From: Clostridia bacterium
Lineage (GTDB): Bacteria > Bacillota > Clostridia > Oscillospirales > CAG-272
Assembly: GCA_017501225.1 (NCBI GenBank)
Contig: JAFVXH010000007.1
Location: 82,501 to 146,500 of the forward strand
Length of the DNA: 64,000 bases
Reading direction: 5' to 3'
A program made the position numbers and the translations under genes. Shown piece after piece: positions 17,785-25,048 of this stretch. The stretch's first letter is position 1, and every line of letters begins with the position of its first letter. The notes under the pieces are model-generated. The model was not told the DNA's origin. It ran no database searches and saw only the letters and a program-made list of their open reading frames with translations.

Positions 17785-18192
17785 ATGGATCAAAATCAGA
17801 ATTATCAATCCGAAGTACAAACGGAAAAGGTCAATGACCGCGCAAGGGTCTACGCCATCGTCGCGCTGGTGTCGGGCATTCTCGCGATCCTGACGGTTAC
17901 CGTTCTTTGTTGCTTTTATTACATCACCCCCGTCTTCGGCGCCGTTGCCATCGCATTCTCCATTCTGTCTGCCAAAAAGGGCTTTCGGATGCGCGGAATG
18001 GCACTTGCCGGTCTGATCCTTGCGATCGTCGCACTCCTTTTGTTCGCCTTGCTCCTTTTGGGCGAGATCATTCTGAACACCGCGTTTTCGGGACTGACCG
18101 ACGCGGAGATCGAGGCGATGATCTACGAATATTTTGGAATCAATCCCGAGGAGTTCGAAAGCGGCCTGCCCGCAGGAACGCTTCAGCCCTAA
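17785..18192 (+). CDS. small membrane protein, DUF4190-like
   Basis: 135 aa with an AAAGGAG RBS. Two or three TM helices (AIVALVSGILAILTV, GLILAIVALLLFALLLL). Confidence 0.5.
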   Translation: MDQNQNYQSEVQTEKVNDRARVYAIVALVSGILAILTVTVLCCFYYITPVFGAVAIAFSILSAKKGFRMRGMALAGLILAIVALLLFALLLLGEIILNTAFSGLTDAEIEAMIYEYFGINPEEFESGLPAGTLQP

Positions 18193-18211
18193 CAGTCGAA
18201 TACAAAAAGAT

Positions 18212-18250
18212 ACGGTGCGCTCTGTATGCAGAGCGCACCGTGTTTTTTTT
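18212..18250. terminator. bidirectional rho-independent terminator (DUF4190 gene / rluD)
   Basis: ACGGTGCGCTCTG-tatg-CAGAGCGCACCGT with a T-run on the plus strand (GTTTTTTTT) and ATCTTTTTGTATT on the minus strand. Confidence 0.85.
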
Positions 18251-19241
18251 ATTTCTGAAGGTTCTCAAACAAAAGCTCCGTCACGCGCGCCATGTCCTTT
18301 GGCATCGGGCTGTGGAATTCAACCGTTTCGCGGCTTGACGGATGCACGAAGGAAAGCGTTCCCGCATGCAGGCACTGCCCCGTGATCAAGGCTTTGTGCG
18401 TTGCCTCAAAGCGCGTACCGTTCCCTCCGTAAACGGGGTCCCCCAGAAGGGGATGACCGATGGATGCAAGATGCACGCGGATCTGGTGCGTGCGTCCCGT
18501 TTCCAGCCTGCACTCTATGAGCGTAAAGGACGAGCCGTTCGCCTCTCCCCTTGCCAGCACGCGCCAATGCGTCACCGCTTCCTTGGCACTATGCGACGCG
18601 TCGCGGATGACCGCCATGCGCTTGCGATCGGTCGGATGGCGTCCGATGGGCGCGTCAACCGTCCCGGAATCCTCGCGCAGATTTCCAATCGCTACGGCGT
18701 AGTAGATCCGCTGTATACGATGCCCCTTTAGCTGCTCGGAGAGGAACAGATGTGCCTCGTCGTGCTTTGCCACCACCAAAAGGCCTGAGGTATCCTTATC
18801 AATACGGTGCACGATTCCGGGGCGAATGACACCGCCTACTCCCGAAAGCGAGGAGCCGCAATGATAGAGCAATGCGTTGACCAGCGTGCCGTCGGGATTT
18901 CCCGCCGCGGGATGCACCACCATACCGACGGGCTTATTGACCACGATCAGATCGTCGTCCTCGTAAACGATATCCAACGGGATGTTCTGCGGGATCGCCT
19001 CACTCACCTCTGCCTCGGGAAGCGTTACCTCAACCGTATCCCCTGCGCGCAGACGGTAATTCTTGGCAGCGGGCTTTCCGCACACCGTCACAAAGCCGCC
19101 CTCGATCAGACGGGCGCAAGCGGAGCGTGTCAGCTCCGTCATATCGGACACGAACGCGTCAAGCCGTGTGCCTGCCTGCCCTTCGTCGGCAGAGAAGGAC
19201 AACACCTCGTTCTGTACGTTCTCCGGATAATCCCTACACAT
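18249..19241 (-). CDS. rluD: RluA-family 23S rRNA pseudouridine synthase (RluD-like)
   Basis: S4-like N-terminus (RLDAFVSDMTELTRSACARLIEGGFVTV). Catalytic HRIDKDTSGLLVVAK, plus GRTHQIRVHL. The ATG at 19241 overlaps the lspA stop by 8 nt. Confidence 0.9.
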   Translation of the reverse strand: MCRDYPENVQNEVLSFSADEGQAGTRLDAFVSDMTELTRSACARLIEGGFVTVCGKPAAKNYRLRAGDTVEVTLPEAEVSEAIPQNIPLDIVYEDDDLIVVNKPVGMVVHPAAGNPDGTLVNALLYHCGSSLSGVGGVIRPGIVHRIDKDTSGLLVVAKHDEAHLFLSEQLKGHRIQRIYYAVAIGNLREDSGTVDAPIGRHPTDRKRMAVIRDASHSAKEAVTHWRVLARGEANGSSFTLIECRLETGRTHQIRVHLASIGHPLLGDPVYGGNGTRFEATHKALITGQCLHAGTLSFVHPSSRETVEFHSPMPKDMARVTELLFENLQK

Positions 19242-19737
19242 CTCCCGACTCCCGATCCCGGACCGCCTTTTCGGCGCGCTCCTTTTTATACTCCCTGACA
19301 ATATCCAGCACAAGATACAGCATCATCATGCCCGCACCAACGCAAACGAAGGAATCGGCGATATTGAAGATCGGGAAATCGATCAGCGTAAAGTCGATAA
19401 AATCGATCACGTAGCCAAGGAAAATGCGGTCGATCATATTGCCGATGCCGCCGCCCGCGATCATGGAAAGAGATACGAGGAGCATGGGATTTTTCGGGCG
19501 GTAACGCAATACGTAGTACAGAATTCCCACGATCGCGACCGTGGAGAACACCATAAACACCCAGCGGTTATCGGCAAGAATGCCCCATGCCGCGCCCTTA
19601 TTGGTGTGGAAGGTCAGATGCAGGACCTCGCGCCACAGAGGGACAGAGGGCTGTGCCTGCAAAAAGACCACGGCAAGCCATTTGGAAAGCTGATCCAACA
19701 AGACAGAGCCTGCCAGAATGGAAAAAAACAGAATCAT
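19234..19737 (-). CDS. lspA: signal peptidase II (lipoprotein signal peptidase)
   Basis: FHTNKGAAWG, GGGIGNMIDR and FNIADSFVCVG motifs. Start at ATG 19737 (AAAGGAAC upstream). Confidence 0.9.
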   Translation of the reverse strand: MILFFSILAGSVLLDQLSKWLAVVFLQAQPSVPLWREVLHLTFHTNKGAAWGILADNRWVFMVFSTVAIVGILYYVLRYRPKNPMLLVSLSMIAGGGIGNMIDRIFLGYVIDFIDFTLIDFPIFNIADSFVCVGAGMMMLYLVLDIVREYKKERAEKAVRDRESGDV

Positions 19738-19793
19738 ATCGTTCCTTTCTTTCGATGGCAAGGGGGAGGGATACTTCCCTCCCCTGCCGATGA

Positions 19794-22589
19794 TCAAAGA
19801 CTGAGAATATTCTTACAGCGCTCGCAGAGGAAGCCGCCCTCGCCGTCGGATACGCCTTCGGTCGAGTAGCTCCAGCAGCGCTCGCACTTGCAGCCGTCGG
19901 CACCCTCTACCAGAACGCCGACCTCACCCTCGGTATACGCACCCTCGGGCGCGTCCTCCATGGAGAGGGTAACGCCCGACACGATGAATACCGTGTTGAG
20001 CTCCTTGCCGAAGTCCTGAAGGAAGGTATACAGAGAGCTGTCCTTGGTGTAGACCGTGATCTTTGCCTCAAGAGATTTTCCAACCTTCTTTTCGGCACGT
20101 GCGATCTCAAGCGCCTTCATCACGTCGTCGCGCATTGCGAACAGACGGTTCCACTTCTCCACAATTTCTTCAAACGCGAGCTTCTCGTCGCACTCGGGCA
20201 TGGGATTGAGGAATACGCTTTCGACGTTGTCGCCCTTAGCGTGCGGGATCGCCTGCCACATCTCCTCCGCGGTAAACGCGATCACGGGTGCGAGCAAGCG
20301 CACGAGCGAGGAGAGGACCAGATACATCGCGGTCTGCGCGCTTCTGCGTGCGGGACTGTCGGCACGCTCGGTGTAAACGCGGTCCTTGGTGATATCAATA
20401 TAGAGCTTGGAAAGCTCGGTGGTGCAGAAGTTGACCACGCCGTGGGAGATCAGGTGGAACTCGTAGCTGTTGTAAGCATCTCTGACCTGTTTTGTCAGCG
20501 CATTGGTCGAGCCGAGGATCCAGCGATCGATCTCGTAGAGCTCATCCAGGGGCACCATATCGGTGTCGGGGTTGAAATCGTTGAGGTTTGCGATCAGGAT
20601 ACGAACGGTGTTACGGATCTTACGGTAAGCGTCCGAGAGCTGCTTGAAGATGGGATCGGATACGCGTACGTCCACGCGGTAATCCGAGGACGCCACCCAC
20701 AGACGGACAAGGTCTGCTCCGTACTTGGGAACGACGTCGGAGGGAGAAATGACGTTGCCGATGGACTTGTGCATTGCCTTTCCTTCTCCGTCAACCACCC
20801 AGCCGTGCGTCAGGACGGTCTTGTAGGGCGCCTGTGCCTCACCCTTCGCACCGACCGCGGTCAGAAGCGAGGATTGGAACCAGCCGCGGTATTGATCCGC
20901 GCCCTCCAGATAGAGGTCTGCGGGCCACTGTCCGCTCTCCTCACCGTCCAGCACGTCAAAGTGCGTAGATCCCGAATCGAACCAACCGTCAAGCGTGTCG
21001 GTTTCCTTGGTAAAGTGCTTGCCGCCGCAGTGCGGGCAGACAAAGCCCTCGGGCAGAAGCTCGGAGGCCTCCTTGTCGTACCAGATGTTAGAGCCGTTCT
21101 CCGCAAAGAGCTCGGATACGCGGGCAATGGTCGCCTCGTTGCAAACGGGCTTCTTGCAATCCTCGCAGTAGAATACGGGAATGGGCAAGCCCCAATGACG
21201 CTGACGGGAGATACACCAGTCCGCGCGCTCACGCACCATGCTCTGAATGCGCTCGCCACCCCATTCGGGCAGCCAGGTCACGTTCTGGCAAGCCTTGACG
21301 GCATCGTCCTTGAAGGCATCCACCGAGCAGAACCACTGAGGGGTTGCGCGGAAGATGATGGGATTCTTACATCTCCAGCAGTGCGGATACTCGTGCTCCA
21401 TTTCCTCGGATGCAAAGAGCGCGCCGCTCTCCTTCATGTCCGTAAGGATCGCGTCGTTGGACTGATCGTAGCGAAGGCCCGCGAACTTGCCCGCCTCCTC
21501 GGTCTGATATCCTCTGTCGTCCACGGGAACGAGGGGAGGAAGTCCGTAGCGACGGCAGGTGATATTATCGTCCGCACCAAAGCCGCCCGCGGTGTGCACG
21601 CAGCCCGTACCGCTATCCATGGTAACGTAATCCGCAACCGTCAAAAGACTCGTGCGGTCCAGGAAGGGATGCTGCGCGGTCATATACTCAAAGTCCTTAC
21701 CCTGCATTCTGGCAAGCACCTCGTATTCGTCGATGCCGCCCGCGAGCATGGTCTTGCTTGCCAGCGCCTCGGCAACGATGTAGCACTCGCCGTTCGCAGC
21801 GCGCAGGATCACGTAGCTCTCCACGGGGTTGAGAGAGATCGCCTGGTTACCGGGAAGCGTCCAGGTCGTGGTCGTCCAGATGATGAAATAGGTGTTGCTG
21901 ATATCGCAGATACCCGCAAGCTTACCCTGATCGTCCGCGACACGGAATTTGACGTAGATGGAGGTGCACTTGTCGGTCTGATACTCGATCTCTGCCTCGG
22001 CAAGCGCGGTTTCATCCTGCGGACACCAATAAACGGGCTTGAGTCCCTTGTAGATATAGCCCTTCTTGTACATCTCGCCGAACACCTTGACCTCGCGTGC
22101 CTCAAAGGAGCGGTTCATGGTCAGATAAGGATGCTCCCAATCGGCAGTGACGCCAAGACGGATGAACTGATCCTTCTGAATGTCCACGAAATCCTGCGCG
22201 AACGCATGGCACGCCGTGCGGAACTCGGCGATGGACATATTCTTGCGGTCCAGCTTGTTCTTCTTGATGATCGCGGACTCGATGGGCATTCCGTGGTTAT
22301 CCCAGCCGGGAACAAACGGAACGCGATAGCCCTGCATGGACTTGCTCTTGTTGATAAAATCCTTGAGGATCTTATTCAGGGCGTGACCCATGTGGATGTT
22401 TCCGTTGGAGAAGGGGGGGCCGTCGTGCAGAACGTACAGAGGCTTGTCCTTTGCATTCTCCAGCATTTTGTCGTAAAGATTGATGGATGCCCAGTATTTC
22501 AGCGTTTCGGGCTCCTTCTGAGGAAGACCCGCACGCATGGGAAATTCGGTGCTGGGCAGATTGAGAGTAGAGGTGTAATCCTTTGCCAT
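19794..22589 (-). CDS. ileS: isoleucine--tRNA ligase
   Basis: Start at ATG 22589 (MAKDYTSTLNLPSTEFPMRAGL, AGGAGAAAAACT upstream). The HIGH-type motif reads PFSNGNIHMGH, and KMHKS is the KMSKS motif. The C-terminus has CxxC...CxxC. The track N-terminal extension runs through the T-box leader. Confidence 0.95.
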   Translation of the reverse strand: MAKDYTSTLNLPSTEFPMRAGLPQKEPETLKYWASINLYDKMLENAKDKPLYVLHDGPPFSNGNIHMGHALNKILKDFINKSKSMQGYRVPFVPGWDNHGMPIESAIIKKNKLDRKNMSIAEFRTACHAFAQDFVDIQKDQFIRLGVTADWEHPYLTMNRSFEAREVKVFGEMYKKGYIYKGLKPVYWCPQDETALAEAEIEYQTDKCTSIYVKFRVADDQGKLAGICDISNTYFIIWTTTTWTLPGNQAISLNPVESYVILRAANGECYIVAEALASKTMLAGGIDEYEVLARMQGKDFEYMTAQHPFLDRTSLLTVADYVTMDSGTGCVHTAGGFGADDNITCRRYGLPPLVPVDDRGYQTEEAGKFAGLRYDQSNDAILTDMKESGALFASEEMEHEYPHCWRCKNPIIFRATPQWFCSVDAFKDDAVKACQNVTWLPEWGGERIQSMVRERADWCISRQRHWGLPIPVFYCEDCKKPVCNEATIARVSELFAENGSNIWYDKEASELLPEGFVCPHCGGKHFTKETDTLDGWFDSGSTHFDVLDGEESGQWPADLYLEGADQYRGWFQSSLLTAVGAKGEAQAPYKTVLTHGWVVDGEGKAMHKSIGNVISPSDVVPKYGADLVRLWVASSDYRVDVRVSDPIFKQLSDAYRKIRNTVRILIANLNDFNPDTDMVPLDELYEIDRWILGSTNALTKQVRDAYNSYEFHLISHGVVNFCTTELSKLYIDITKDRVYTERADSPARRSAQTAMYLVLSSLVRLLAPVIAFTAEEMWQAIPHAKGDNVESVFLNPMPECDEKLAFEEIVEKWNRLFAMRDDVMKALEIARAEKKVGKSLEAKITVYTKDSSLYTFLQDFGKELNTVFIVSGVTLSMEDAPEGAYTEGEVGVLVEGADGCKCERCWSYSTEGVSDGEGGFLCERCKNILSL

Positions 22590-22599
22590 AGTTTTTCTC

Positions 22600-22907
22600 C
22601 TGCTGCTTAAAATCCTTGCGGATAAATTTACTGCTTCGGTGCGCAAAAACAAAAAACGCCCCATAGCCTGATGCCATGAGACGGAATGTTCCGCGGTACC
22701 ACTCATTTTCGCCTTGCGGCGCAACTCAAGGGCCTTGTAAAGGAAAGCCCGTAACCTTAACGCGGTCGCACGGATATGCTTACTGATTCGGTTCAGCATA
22801 TCGACTCGGAAGTGATGCTGTCGCAAGCTACTGACTGCGCGCTCGCACCGAATGCGCGCTCTCTGTAAGCCTTCCCTTGCACAGTGTCTTCGTCACCGTC
22901 TTTTTAC
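22600..22907 (-). promoter_or_regulatory. T-box leader (Ile specifier) with terminator
   Basis: Minus strand shows stem I AGAGAGCGCGC...GGTGCGAGCGCGCAGTCAGTAG. The candidate specifier is ATC (22816..22814) followed by A. The T-box is AATGAGTGGTACCGCGG (core 22704..22691). The terminator is CGTCTCAT-N11-ATGGGGCG (22683..22657) plus TTTTTTGTTTTT. Confidence 0.85.
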
Positions 22908-22913
22908 CAATAT

Positions 22914-22942
22914 AGTATATCACACTTTTTTTATATTGTCAA
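22914..22942 (-). promoter_or_regulatory. sigmaA-type promoter of the ileS T-box leader
   Basis: Minus strand reads TTGACA (22942..22937), a 17-nt spacer, then TATACT (22919..22914). Confidence 0.65.
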
Positions 22943-23049
22943 CAAGATTTTTTGCGAGCTTTATTTTCTCTGAAAACCTGCTTTTTCCTGCTTTTTAACC
23001 TTAATTTTAGAAAAAGAATAATTATTGTTCTAAATATTTACAGAAAAAG

Positions 23050-23075
23050 ACAATTTCCGACAGAATGCATATACT
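23050..23075 (+). promoter_or_regulatory. candidate mother-cell (sigmaK/sigmaE-type) promoter of cotJABC
   Basis: AC (23050..23051), 16 nt, then CATATACT (23068..23075). This resembles the AC-N16/17-CATAnnnT pattern and lies about 65 nt upstream of the cotJA ATG. Confidence 0.3.
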
Positions 23076-23138
23076 GAAAATAAGCCTGCGCAGATCAACT
23101 GCCGGGCACAAGTATCAATCGAAAGGAGTCTTTTTCCA

Positions 23139-23636
23139 ATGTATTCCGAAAAAAACAAACGCCCCTGCTCGCGGCGCGCCGGTGATGATTTTCTCCGTCG
23201 CATGCTGGGCGGTGACGTGACTTTTGGCAATCAGTGGCAAAACAGCTGCTCGCTCTGTGACCGTCCGCAGGAGCGCAGAGAGGATCGCCCGAGCTGCCAT
23301 CATTCGCAAGAACGACGTGAAGGCTGCGGTGGAGAGAACGCGTGGGGCGGCGGCTGCGCTTCCCCCAGAAACGACACTCCTGCCTGCAACGGTGGGGACG
23401 CAGGCTGCCGGCATTGCCCCGAAGAGATCCATGCTCCGTCCTTGGCGTCCGTCTACTGCCCCATGCAGTGCTTCCGTGGGCTCTATAGCCCTGCCGAGGC
23501 GCTTTCGCACGGCACACTGTTTGCCGAATTGAAGCTCCCCTTCTACGGCGCAAAATGTGAGGGAAAGGAGGCTTGCGATTGCGGCTGCGGCACATCCAAC
23601 CGTGGCTCCGATCGCACTCACGGCAAATTGCTGTGA
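23139..23636 (+). CDS. cotJA: spore coat-associated protein CotJA with Cys-rich N-terminal extension
   Basis: The C-terminal core LASVYCPMQCFRGLYSPAEALSHGTLFAELKLPFYG matches the CotJA family motif. AAAGGAG RBS. 15 Cys in 165 aa by my count. Confidence 0.8.
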   Translation: MYSEKNKRPCSRRAGDDFLRRMLGGDVTFGNQWQNSCSLCDRPQERREDRPSCHHSQERREGCGGENAWGGGCASPRNDTPACNGGDAGCRHCPEEIHAPSLASVYCPMQCFRGLYSPAEALSHGTLFAELKLPFYGAKCEGKEACDCGCGTSNRGSDRTHGKLL

Positions 23637-23647
23637 GAAAGAATGCC

Positions 23648-23923
23648 ATGATGAAACACAAACCCTGTAACGCCTGCCGTGACAGCCTTGCTCTGTTGCG
23701 CGCGCTGGATTTCTCCATTCAGGAAACCGTGCTCTATCTGGACGCTTATCCCGACTGTCAGGAAGCGCTTGCCTACTACCATAAGCTGGTCTGCGAGCGG
23801 GACGCGCTGATGTCCTCCTATCAAGAGCAGTGCGGTCCGCTTAGCATCTACGGCAACCGCAGCAAGACCTCTTGGGATTGGGTAAACGGACCTTGGCCTT
23901 GGGAAATTGAAGCCAATGAATAA
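23648..23923 (+). CDS. cotJB: spore coat protein CotJB
   Basis: LALLRALDFSIQETVLYLDAYPDCQEALAYYHKLVCERDALMSSYQEQCGPL...WVNGPWPWE is the CotJB signature. Start at ATG 23648, after the cotJA stop; the track start 23573 overlaps cotJA. Confidence 0.85.
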   Translation: MMKHKPCNACRDSLALLRALDFSIQETVLYLDAYPDCQEALAYYHKLVCERDALMSSYQEQCGPLSIYGNRSKTSWDWVNGPWPWEIEANE

Positions 23924-23940
23924 AAGGAGGACGATTCAGT

Positions 23941-24558
23941 ATGTGGACTTACGATAGAAAATTACAGTATCCCGTCAAGATCAAAAATCCCAACCCACAG
24001 CTTGCGACCATCATCATTTCCCAGCTGGGAGGACCCGACGGTGAGCTTGGCGCATCCATGCGCTATTTGCATCAGCGTTATTCCATGCCCTACGGAAAGG
24101 TAACGGGAATTCTCACCGACGTAGGAACCGAGGAGCTGGCGCACCTGGAGATGGTAGCCGCCATCATCCATCAGCTCACGCGCAATCTGAGTGAGGAGGA
24201 GATTCAGAAATCTCCGTTTGCAAACTACTTTGTGGATCACACGACGGGCGTTTATCCCGTTGCGGCATCCGCCGTGCCCTTTGACATGAAGTATATCGGT
24301 GTCAAGGGCGACGTCATCGCGGATCTGAACGAGGACCTGGCTGCCGAGCAAAAGGCACGCGTGACCTACGACAACATTCTGCGTCTGACCGACGATCCCG
24401 ACGTCAAGGACGTCATCCGCTATCTGCGCGAGCGTGAGATCGTGCACTACCAGCGCTTCGGCGACGCTTTGCGCATCACGCAGGAGCAGCTGGACAGCAA
24501 GAACTTTTACGCCTTCAACCCCGCGTTTGATAAGCATTGCAACAAAAAGCAACGCTGA
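23941..24558 (+). CDS. cotJC: spore coat protein CotJC (manganese-catalase family)
   Basis: MWTYDRKLQYPVKIKNPNPQLATIIISQLGGPDGELGASMRYLHQRYSMP...EELAHLEM is the ferritin-like Mn-catalase fold. AAGGAGG RBS. Confidence 0.92.
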   Translation: MWTYDRKLQYPVKIKNPNPQLATIIISQLGGPDGELGASMRYLHQRYSMPYGKVTGILTDVGTEELAHLEMVAAIIHQLTRNLSEEEIQKSPFANYFVDHTTGVYPVAASAVPFDMKYIGVKGDVIADLNEDLAAEQKARVTYDNILRLTDDPDVKDVIRYLREREIVHYQRFGDALRITQEQLDSKNFYAFNPAFDKHCNKKQR

Positions 24559-24597
24559 TCGCACGCACGCCCATCCCTTTTCCCCAAAAAAGGGATA

Positions 24598-24633
24598 CCC
24601 CCACGGCTTTGTTTGCCGTGGGGGCTTTGTTTT
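24598..24633 (+). terminator. rho-independent terminator of cotJABC
   Basis: CCCCCACGGC-tttgttt-GCCGTGGGGG, then CTTTGTTTT. Confidence 0.8.
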
Positions 24634-24674
24634 AATGCCTTTAGGTAGTTGGGCACGAAGTGCGAAACAGACAA

Positions 24675-24713
24675 CCACCCGCTATGCGGGTGGGCAATAA
24701 TGGGGTTATACCC
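24675..24713. repeat. 39-nt hairpin-containing repeat, copy A
   Basis: CCACCCGCTATGCGGGTGGGCAATAATGGGGTTATACCC. In an ungapped alignment 27 of 39 positions are identical to copy B. Both copies start with a CCACCCG...CGGGTGG hairpin and end in TATACCC. Confidence 0.6.
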
Positions 24714-24939
24714 ATATTAAACGAGCAAGAAGGTTAGCGTTATGGGGATCATGCCGCCGGATAAACGGATTGAGATCTTTGCAAACGGGACGCCCGGGAG
24801 GTCGTCCCCTACAAGGGATGTTCATGATTTTTACGTGGGACGTCCTTTTTTTGACCGTAGGGGTCGACGTCCTCGGCGACCCGTCGGAAATTTTATATAA
24901 GCCGTCCTTCCGAAGGGAGGCTGCGTTGGCAAAACGCTT

Positions 24940-24973
24940 TTGCAAAGCAAAAGCCAGCGGCTTGAGCCGCTGG
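24940..24973 (-). terminator. candidate terminator for the GH2 gene
   Basis: Minus strand: CCAGCGGC-tcaa-GCCGCTGG (24973..24954), then CTTTTGCTTTGC. It lies about 75 nt after the GH2 stop. Confidence 0.45.
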
Positions 24974-25006
24974 CCGGTAGTATTGGGCTTTTGCCCCTTG
25001 TGCATA

Positions 25007-25045
25007 CCACCCGTTTGACGGGTGGTTATGATTTCGGATATACCC
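25007..25045. repeat. 39-nt hairpin-containing repeat, copy B
   Basis: CCACCCGTTTGACGGGTGGTTATGATTTCGGATATACCC, 332 bp from copy A in the same orientation. It ends 3 nt before the GH2 stop codon. Confidence 0.6.
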
Positions 25046-25048
25046 TGA

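Noticed and set aside
20241-22610. 789-aa plus-strand ORF
   Set aside because: Antisense to ileS. It is a GC-rich open-frame artefact with no recognisable domains.
22590-22826. N-terminal 79-aa extension of the ileS track ORF. The same issue applies to the thrS extension at 4308..4439.
   Set aside because: The extensions read through the T-box terminator and antiterminator sequences. Canonical N-termini with good RBSs lie downstream.
24634-25048. Identification of the structured element as RNase P RNA, tmRNA, SRP RNA, 6S RNA or a group II intron remnant
   Set aside because: I searched by eye on both strands for the P4 GAGGAAAGTCC sequence, the tmRNA acceptor/T-arm and tag ORF, the SRP GGAAGCAGC motif and a group II domain V, and found none. 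A 6S-like single long hairpin is incompatible with the local stem-loops. The element is left unclassified.
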